Source: an archaeon
Lineage (GTDB): Archaea; Thermoproteota; Nitrososphaeria; Conexivisphaerales; DTJL01
Direction of reading: 5' to 3'
DNA: 49,703 bases
NCBI GenBank assembly: GCA_021811935.1
Contig: JAKAPW010000001.1
Coordinates: 1-49,703 of the forward strand
Under the pieces are notes generated by a model. The model had not been told where the DNA came from. It made no database searches and worked only from the letters and a program-made list of their open reading frames with translations. Shown here piece after piece: positions 43,372 to 49,703 of the stretch. A program made the translations under genes and the position numbers. Each line of letters starts with the position of its first letter. Within the stretch, counting starts at the first letter, position 1.

Positions 43372-44723
43372 AACATCCCGTCGCGCTGACAGTCGCGGGG
43401 AGCGATTCCGGGGGAGGTGCGGGGATAGAGGCGGACCTGAAGACCTTCGCCGCCCTGGGGGTCCACGGCGCCTGCGCCATAACGGCCGTGACGGCGCAGA
43501 ACACGGTGGCCGTCACCGGCGTCCAGGAGATAGACACGGAACTGATAGAGAAGCAGATACGCGCGGTGGCCGACGACATCGGGGTGGACGCGGCCAAGAC
43601 GGGGATGTTGAGCAGCTCGGGCATAATATCCTGCGTCGCGCGCTACATCGGAAGCCGTCCCGTCCCGCTGGTGGTGGACCCCGTGATGGTCTCCAAGTCG
43701 GGGGCCAAACTTCTCCGGGACGACGCGATACGGAACCTTCAGGAGGAGCTGCTCCCCCTGGCCACCGTCGTCACGCCCAACATACCCGAGGCGGAAGCGC
43801 TGACGGGCGTCAAGATCACACAGGTGAGGGAGGTCAGAGAGGCCGCCAGGGTCCTGGTGGAAAGGTTCGGCCCCAAGGCCTGCGTGGTCAAGGGCGGCCA
43901 CCTGACGGGCGAGAGGTGCGTGGATGTCCTCTACGTCAACGGCTCATTCGAAGAGCTGGAGTCGCCGAGGGTGGCCACCAAGAACACCCACGGGACCGGC
44001 TGCGTCTTCTCCGCGGCCATCGCGGCCGAGCTGGCCAAGGGGAGCGGTGTCATCCAGTCCGTCAGGACGGCCAAGGCGTTCGTCACCAACGCCATAATCC
44101 ATTCCCTCGGGCTGGGGAGGGGGGCGGGCCCCGTCGACCCGTCTTCCTGGCTCGAGATAGAAAGGGAACGCCTTCTGGTGCTGAACAAGCTCAAGGAGGC
44201 CTTGGAGGTCCTGGAGTCTTCGCCTGCCGTGCGCAGGCTCGTGCCGGAGGTCCGAATCAACCTGGTGATGTCCCTCCCTGCCAGGTACGCGAAAGGCGTC
44301 TCGGACGTGGCGGGGGTGCCCGGCAGGATAACGGACGTGGGGGACCGCGTCAGGGCGGCGGCCCCTCCCGCGTTCGGCGCGTCTTCCCACGTCGCCAGGG
44401 CGGTGCTCAAGGTCATGGAGCACGACGACAGGGTCAGGGCGGCGGCCGACATAAGATTCTCGGATGAGATACTGACCGCGATAAGGCGGCTGGGGCTCTT
44501 GGTTTCATCCTACGACAGGAAGGACGAGCCGCCTTCGGTGAAGAAGAGGGAGGGCTCGACCATCCAGTGGGGCGTCGAGCAGGCGATAAAGAAGGTGGGC
44601 AGGGTGCCCGACATAATATGCGACCCCGGCGGGATGGGGAAGGAACCGATCATAAAGGTGCTCGGCAGGGACGCCGCGGAGGTGGCCAAGACGATGGTGA
44701 AGATAGCCGACGGGCTGAGATGA
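43368..44723 (+). CDS. thiDN: bifunctional HMP/HMP-P kinase - thiamine-phosphate synthase (ThiD-ThiN fusion)
   Basis: N-terminal ThiD (ALTVAGSDSGGGAGIEADLKTF, VVDPVMVSKSG, TKNTHGTGC). The C-terminal ~180 aa match the archaeal ThiN domain position. ATGA overlap with the MFS. Confidence 0.9.
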   Translation: MKHPVALTVAGSDSGGGAGIEADLKTFAALGVHGACAITAVTAQNTVAVTGVQEIDTELIEKQIRAVADDIGVDAAKTGMLSSSGIISCVARYIGSRPVPLVVDPVMVSKSGAKLLRDDAIRNLQEELLPLATVVTPNIPEAEALTGVKITQVREVREAARVLVERFGPKACVVKGGHLTGERCVDVLYVNGSFEELESPRVATKNTHGTGCVFSAAIAAELAKGSGVIQSVRTAKAFVTNAIIHSLGLGRGAGPVDPSSWLEIERERLLVLNKLKEALEVLESSPAVRRLVPEVRINLVMSLPARYAKGVSDVAGVPGRITDVGDRVRAAAPPAFGASSHVARAVLKVMEHDDRVRAAADIRFSDEILTAIRRLGLLVSSYDRKDEPPSVKKREGSTIQWGVEQAIKKVGRVPDIICDPGGMGKEPIIKVLGRDAAEVAKTMVKIADGLR

Positions 44724-44769
44724 CGCGCCGGACAACAGTTAGAAGGCGGCGGGTCGCAGGTAAGCGGCC

Positions 44770-45558
44770 ATGAAGATAGGGATGAGCACCTGGTCTCTGC
44801 TGAGCATGAGCCTGACCGACGCGATAAAGAAGATCGGCGAAGAGAAGTTCCAGAGCATAGAGATATGGGGGGAGATACCTCACGGCTATCATGAGGTGGC
44901 GTCCCCGAAGAAGGTCAAGGACGCGCTTTCCACCTTCGGTATGGAGGTGACGGCCCACGCCCCGTTCCATGACCTCAACCCGGGGTGCACTTATCATGAC
45001 GTGTCGGCGACCACGTTGAAGAGCCTGTCCTCCTTCGTCGAATTCTCGCGGCAGATAGGTGTGACGCAGGTCACCTTCCACCCCGGAAGCACGTATGACG
45101 CGTCGCTGGTGGACCGCTCCATAAACTCTGCCTCGCTGCTCTTCAAGCAGCTGGCGCAGTTGGGCGGCGGGACCATCGACATGAACATAGAGAACCAGTA
45201 CGCCGACAAGACGGGTTACAGCTTCAACATAGGCGGACGGGATGAATGGCTGTCGAAGGTGCTCCGGAGCGTGGACGGGCTGGGGATGACCATAGATACG
45301 GGCCATGCCAACGTAAATCGCGAGGACCCCGCTGTCCTGCTGGAGACGTACGAAGACGCGGTCAGGAACGTCCACCTGAACAACAACCGCGGCTTGGCCG
45401 ACGAACACAACCTCCCGAGCGAAGGCACCGCTGATCTGGCGAAGTTCATGAAGGCCGCGAAGAAGGTCAGGGACATAACTGTCACCCTGGAGCTGAACCC
45501 CTTCAGATACAGGCCGAAGGAGGTGCTTGCCGTCGGGAGGGCCGCATTGGGCAAGTGA
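44770..45558 (+). CDS. sugar-phosphate isomerase/epimerase (xylose-isomerase-like TIM barrel)
   Basis: Pattern IEIWGE...HAP...VTFHPG...IENQ...DTGHAN...HLNNN typical of the AP_endonuc_2 / TIM-barrel family. Confidence 0.8.
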   Translation: MKIGMSTWSLLSMSLTDAIKKIGEEKFQSIEIWGEIPHGYHEVASPKKVKDALSTFGMEVTAHAPFHDLNPGCTYHDVSATTLKSLSSFVEFSRQIGVTQVTFHPGSTYDASLVDRSINSASLLFKQLAQLGGGTIDMNIENQYADKTGYSFNIGGRDEWLSKVLRSVDGLGMTIDTGHANVNREDPAVLLETYEDAVRNVHLNNNRGLADEHNLPSEGTADLAKFMKAAKKVRDITVTLELNPFRYRPKEVLAVGRAALGK

Positions 45559-45577
45559 GGCGACGGCCCTGGCCGGT

Positions 45578-46453
45578 CTACAGCTCGCCCGACTCTCGGA
45601 GCGTTCTGACGACCTCCTTTCCCGTCGCTGCCCTGAACGGTGCCCTCGGTTCCCCGCAGGATACGCCTCTGTGCTTCAATATCTCGTAGAGCGAGGACAG
45701 AGAGTGGGCGTCGGTCACGTCCTTGATTCGGTTCAGCCTGCGCTGAAGCTCCCTCCCCTTGGCGCAGTCCCCTGCTTCGTGTGCCTTGTAGAGCCCCACG
45801 AACAGCTCCGGAAAGGCGTTTGCCAGCGCCGGTATGATGCCCCTGGCCCCCATCATCAACGCCGGAAGCATGTAGCGCTCCGCGCCGTTGATCACTGCGA
45901 AGTCTTCGGGGACCATTTCGATTATCTTCAGCAGTTGCATGAAGTCGTTCGAGGAGTCCTTCGCGCCCGCCGCTATCCCCGCCTCCGCCAGCCTGCGCAT
46001 CAAGGAGGGCTCCACGTTCGTCCCCGCGAACCTGGGTATATTGTAGATGAACATGGGCACGGAGACGCTCCGTGCCACGCTCTGGAAATGCAGCATGAGC
46101 GACTCCTCCATGTGCCTGTAATAGTACGGGGGCAGCGACGCTACGGCGTCCGCCCCGGCCGCTTCGGCGTGCCTGGCCAGCTCCACCGCCGTCTGCGTGT
46201 CGGGCGTCCCCACCTGGATTATGGTGGGCACCCTGTGGTCCACCTCGCGCACCACGGTTTCCGCCAGCTTCTTCCTTTCATCCGTGGACATCATGGTCCC
46301 CATTCCCGTGCTGCCGCAGACGAACAGCCCCTGTACGCCGTGGTCGATCTGATATCTGACTAGCGGCCCGACTGCGCCCGGCATCAGGGCGCCGGAAGCG
46401 TCAAACGGGGTGAGAATCGGGGTTATCACGCCTCTGAAGGAATCCTTGTTCAA
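45578..46453 (-). CDS. DHDPS/NAL-family class I aldolase (KDG-aldolase / DapA paralogue)
   Basis: GVITPILTPF...GLFVCGSTGMGTMMSTDERKKL...IYNIPRFAG. Confidence 0.85.
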   Translation of the reverse strand: MNKDSFRGVITPILTPFDASGALMPGAVGPLVRYQIDHGVQGLFVCGSTGMGTMMSTDERKKLAETVVREVDHRVPTIIQVGTPDTQTAVELARHAEAAGADAVASLPPYYYRHMEESLMLHFQSVARSVSVPMFIYNIPRFAGTNVEPSLMRRLAEAGIAAGAKDSSNDFMQLLKIIEMVPEDFAVINGAERYMLPALMMGARGIIPALANAFPELFVGLYKAHEAGDCAKGRELQRRLNRIKDVTDAHSLSSLYEILKHRGVSCGEPRAPFRAATGKEVVRTLRESGEL

Positions 46454-46613
46454 TCGGCGTCTCCTCCGCCGTTCCCAAGGATTGAGTCCTCAATATCTTC
46501 TTCTGACGGCCGACCGGCGGGCCGCGATGGTGCCCCCCGTCCGCAGGATCGGCGAGGCGCAAGTTTTCCATCAACGCTTATCTAGCGCGCCGGCGGCTTT
46601 CGGCTGACCTTAC

Positions 46614-47000
46614 ATGGCATCTGAAAAGATCATGCGGTTCCAGGGCAAGGGAAAGGACCTGGGCCAGGTTTCGGCGCAGATAGTACAGCAGCTCCAGTCG
46701 GAGGGATACAAGGTGCAGTCCACGAACGCCCCACTGGGCACGATCATACAGGCCCAGAAGGCAGGGATACTGCGGGACATACTGACGGCGGACAGGGCCT
46801 TCACCATAGCCGTGGCCGGCCAGCCGGACGACTTCACCGTCCACATAGGGATAGGCAAGTGGGTGCAGAATATAGCGGTGGCGGCCGCGGAGGCGCTCTT
46901 CTTGTCGGCGCTCTTCCTGGCGGTAGACATCCCCGAGATGCTCTGGACCCGTCACGTGGAAGGCGAAATAGCCAAGCAGATAGCGGCCATCGTGGGCTGA
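46614..47000 (+). CDS. hypothetical protein (128 aa) with a C-terminal hydrophobic helix
   Basis: Clean ORF with GC3-rich codons. No family recognised. Confidence 0.6.
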   Translation: MASEKIMRFQGKGKDLGQVSAQIVQQLQSEGYKVQSTNAPLGTIIQAQKAGILRDILTADRAFTIAVAGQPDDFTVHIGIGKWVQNIAVAAAEALFLSALFLAVDIPEMLWTRHVEGEIAKQIAAIVG

Positions 47001-47111
47001 ACCGCGATGGGCGGGCGTTGATAATCGACCGTCTTTTGTATAATTTACACATCAGGATGCACATTTATCGAATGTCTTCGACGTTAACACCAGCATATTT
47101 AATAGTCGGTC

Positions 47112-47819
47112 GTGTCATCTAGACAAAGAGGGTGCCCGTTGGCGCTTTTCGTAGACCCCCTCGCGCTGCAGTTGATTGTCCTGGGGGTCACCGGGGTACT
47201 GCTGTTTTACCATTCGCTCAGGGCCTTCATGAGGGTCAGGTCTGGAGGGAGGCCTGAGCATGGACAGATATGGCCGCTGCTCCTTTTCATCGGGATATAT
47301 GCCTTCTTGACCGGTCTGTGGGGACATCTGGTCTGGCCTCTCCCCGGCTCGTATAACATACTGTTCTACGACCCGTATCCGATCTTCGGCCTGCTCCTGA
47401 TGGTCTTCTCCCTGCTTCTCAAATACGACAGCAGGTTGGAGTATGCAGGGCTGGCATCGTTTCTCTTTGGAGCCGTCACCGTCTACTATGGCTACGCGGG
47501 TTACGCGGCCGGCATGACCAAGCAGCCAAGCGTCCTCCTTGCGCTGTACGCGTTGTGGGGCCTCGCTGGTATGGTAGCATATCCGTTCGCCATGCTGATG
47601 GACAGGCTGCGTTTTATGCCGGCCGACACGGCCGCGCAGCCTCAGAAGCAACCGCCTGCCCGCGCATCGGGCGGAATAGCGCTGGCCGGAAGGGGTGGTC
47701 CTCTTTTGCTCCTCCTCCCAGGGGTCATATTCCTCCTGGCCGGATTGCTCGCCCTGTATATAGGGGCCAACGCGGTGCCGGGCCACCTAGTGAACTTCTC
47801 CAAGTGGGTCCCGCCCTGA
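47112..47819 (+). CDS. integral membrane protein (possibly a DUF981-like archaeal family)
   Basis: Multiple TM helices and a conserved-looking NILFYDPYPIFG. Alternative start TTG 47139 (MALFVDPLALQL). Confidence 0.7.
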   Translation: MSSRQRGCPLALFVDPLALQLIVLGVTGVLLFYHSLRAFMRVRSGGRPEHGQIWPLLLFIGIYAFLTGLWGHLVWPLPGSYNILFYDPYPIFGLLLMVFSLLLKYDSRLEYAGLASFLFGAVTVYYGYAGYAAGMTKQPSVLLALYALWGLAGMVAYPFAMLMDRLRFMPADTAAQPQKQPPARASGGIALAGRGGPLLLLLPGVIFLLAGLLALYIGANAVPGHLVNFSKWVPP

Positions 47820-47848
47820 GCCGCGTCGCCGACGATGCTTTCCATTGC

Positions 47849-48265
47849 TCATTTTATCGAGCCAGAGACGCGGAGCGAGTCCCTGGCCTTCACCCAGGAC
47901 ACTATGAGGAATATGCCCGGCAGGACGCCACCCAGCAACAGCTGCAGAACCCCCAGGACCAGGGAGGTGGGCTCCGCCCTGGCAACGTCCCCGTCGGCGA
48001 GCGGTCTGTAAACCAGGAAATAGTCCAGGAGTATCCAGAGGAGGCTGACGAGCAGGGAGAAGATGAAGACCGTGCCGAGGAACGTCGCGTCGAAGAAATA
48101 CGGTACGATGTCGGTCCCGCCAGGCAGCGCTCCAGCCACCCTTCCGAAATCGAAGAGCAGGTTGGTGAACGCGGAAGAGAATATCCCCAACATGAAGAAT
48201 ACTACCGCCACCAGTATGGCCATCAATGCCAGGACCCTGGCCGTCTCCGCGTTCCTGTCAGACAC
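47849..48265 (-). CDS. hypothetical membrane protein (138 aa, about 4 TM)
   Basis: Hydrophobic-helix pattern and GC3-rich frame. Confidence 0.6.
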   Translation of the reverse strand: MSDRNAETARVLALMAILVAVVFFMLGIFSSAFTNLLFDFGRVAGALPGGTDIVPYFFDATFLGTVFIFSLLVSLLWILLDYFLVYRPLADGDVARAEPTSLVLGVLQLLLGGVLPGIFLIVSWVKARDSLRVSGSIK

Positions 48266-48606
48266 GACGGTCGGGCGGGGAGTGGAATATTTCTAGTTTT
48301 CCGGGATTCCGGGCTTGTCTGAAGTGTGACGGGCGTGCTCCGACCGCCATGGATGCGTCGCAGCGCCATGAAACCTTCGAATGCCTTCCCAGGCCAGAGA
48401 GAGCCGATGAGCAGACATGGTTTTCGTTGCGCGATGCGGGAAAAGGAGGTCCGGGCAACGGAAAAGGGCACGCGGTCAGAAGCCCAGATACGCCCAGGCC
48501 CTCCCTCCGCCAGGGCGGCTCGACCCTTTCGGATGGTCCATGATGAGCTCTGCCTCGTTCACGGGCAGCAAAGCAGAAATCCCGTTGGCTGCAGCCACCT
48601 GCCGCC

Positions 48607-49224
48607 TTGCTTCTGTATTGCGTGCGGCACGCGGAGTCTACCGCGAACGTCTCCCATGTCTTTCCGGACGATGAGAACAACCCGCCGACGCTGACCAAGA
48701 GGGGCGTAAAGCAGGCCATGAGGACGGCTTCCGCCCTCCGCCCGATGGCCGTGGAAGCGATCCTCTCCAGTCCTATGCTGCGCACAAGGCTGACGGCGGA
48801 GTGCATATCGCGCCGCCTCGGCGTCGGGTACGAAGTCGACGAAAGGCTGAGGGAGTTGGCCCCCGGCGGGCTGGCTGGCAAGAATTACGTGGAGCTGGCA
48901 AGATCCAACCCGGGTTGGCACGAAGAATTGTTCTCCGACGGGACGGAGTTCGGGATGGAGAAGTTTTCGAGCGTCGTCCGCCGCATGGGCCTGATGCTGC
49001 AGGACGTACATCGAAGGGGTCTCCGACGCGTCGTCGTGGTCACCCACCTGGAACCCGTCAGGGCCCTGCTGTCGATGGCCCTGGGGGAGGGGGGAGAATA
49101 TGCCAGGCGCTTCAGGATAAGCAATGCGGCGCTCTCGATATTCAGCTACGAGGACTCGGCGCTGAAGGCCAGATGCATCAACTGGCTTCCCCTGAGGGAA
49201 TATCTTGACGACTCGCGGGTCTAA
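48607..49224 (+). CDS. histidine phosphatase (phosphoglycerate-mutase-like) family protein
   Basis: LLYCVRHAESTAN (RHG-type motif), LTKRGVKQA, VVVVTHLEPVRAL. TTG start. Confidence 0.8.
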   Translation: MLLYCVRHAESTANVSHVFPDDENNPPTLTKRGVKQAMRTASALRPMAVEAILSSPMLRTRLTAECISRRLGVGYEVDERLRELAPGGLAGKNYVELARSNPGWHEELFSDGTEFGMEKFSSVVRRMGLMLQDVHRRGLRRVVVVTHLEPVRALLSMALGEGGEYARRFRISNAALSIFSYEDSALKARCINWLPLREYLDDSRV

Positions 49225-49691
49225 AGCTGCCACCCGAAGAATATGGCGACGATTATCATCAGGGTGAGGAGCTGGTGGAGGGGTATGAGCCCCCCCGGCT
49301 TCGCGGCCGACTCGTTGACCGCCTGGTAGGACAGCAGGCCGACGACCACCTGGACGGCGGCCAGGCCCAGCGCCATGCCATACAGCGGAAAGAAGGCTGC
49401 GAGACCCAAGATGAACGCAAGGACGGAGAGGCCGTGCACCACCCACACGAGCTGGGCCTTGGTCCTCGGCACCGTGAAGTATCCTATGGCCTTCTGAAAG
49501 CCCCTTTGCCCCGTGACCACCCCCCCCATGAATATGACGGGGTAGAAGAGCAGGATGGGCGCCATGCCTGCGACGTATTGTGGGAACCCCATGCCCATGC
49601 CTGCGGCTATCATCATGTAGGCCAGCAGGGTCGAGTACGCAAGGACGTCATGCAGCCCCTGGAAGATGGAAGGTGCCTTCCCCGAAAGCAC
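49221..49691 (-). CDS. hypothetical polytopic membrane protein; the 5' end may lie beyond the window
   Basis: Hydrophobic helices throughout. The frame is still open at the window edge. Its stop overlaps the convergent stop of the phosphatase gene (CTAA). Confidence 0.6.
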   Translation of the reverse strand: MLSGKAPSIFQGLHDVLAYSTLLAYMMIAAGMGMGFPQYVAGMAPILLFYPVIFMGGVVTGQRGFQKAIGYFTVPRTKAQLVWVVHGLSVLAFILGLAAFFPLYGMALGLAAVQVVVGLLSYQAVNESAAKPGGLIPLHQLLTLMIIVAIFFGWQL

Positions 49692-49703
49692 GTACAGCGT
49701 GGC

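Noticed and set aside
48420-48600. An RNase P RNA, suggested by the GGAGGUCCGGGC and CAGAAG...AUACGCC motifs.
   Set aside because: The CR-III/IV/V elements are not found in order, P4 pairing could not be built, and the required length would overlap a well-supported CDS.
1-49703. A CRISPR array, IS elements or toxin-antitoxin/defence islands.
   Set aside because: No regularly spaced direct repeats, transposase- or integrase-like ORFs, or recognisable defence-gene motifs were seen on either strand.

Overview
GC-rich archaeal chromosomal segment. The archaeal call rests on a ThiD-ThiN fusion, a DapL-type lysine operon, AT-rich TATA boxes 22-27 nt upstream of start codons, and heavy AGG/AGA/ATA codon use despite high GC. 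The lineage cannot be fixed from this window; Thermoplasmata-like is only a guess. I support about 55 protein genes and 2 tRNAs. Genes are densely packed, with many 4-nt start/stop overlaps (ATGA, GTGA, TTGA).

Content is metabolic and transport-related:
- A glycerol module: glpK, a truncated GlpA-type G3P dehydrogenase with a CoxG-like partner, gapN, a HAD phosphatase and two MFS porters.
- An M20 peptidase - phosphohexomutase - thiL operon.
- A DtxR-family regulator with a metal transporter.
- A NitT/TauT-type ABC system.
- A dapA-dapB-lysC-lysA-dapL lysine operon.
- A LivJHMGF-type amino-acid ABC operon.
- An MFS plus nucleoside hydrolase pair.
- A thiW / unknown P-loop protein / MFS / thiDN thiamine-salvage operon.

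I saw no CRISPR array, transposase, integrase, rRNA or recognisable defence system. I do not see a clear-cut novel multi-gene system. The best candidates for new biology are:
- The unassigned P-loop protein sitting where a thiazole kinase would be expected.
- A duplicated Cys-rich (CxxC...GxCxRH) protein paired with a small helical protein beside tRNA-Leu.
- The G3PDH/CoxG-like pair.
- Two genes whose conserved N-termini lie upstream of any canonical start codon.
- Several unexplained spacers of about 350-400 nt in an otherwise compact region.

Many long ORFs in the supplied track are alternative-frame or antisense artefacts of high GC and were not called. Hand-derived coordinates (revised starts, motifs, tRNAs) may be off by 1-2 nt. 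Around 26.6 kb my base count and the ORF track disagreed by 1 nt, so I kept the track values there.
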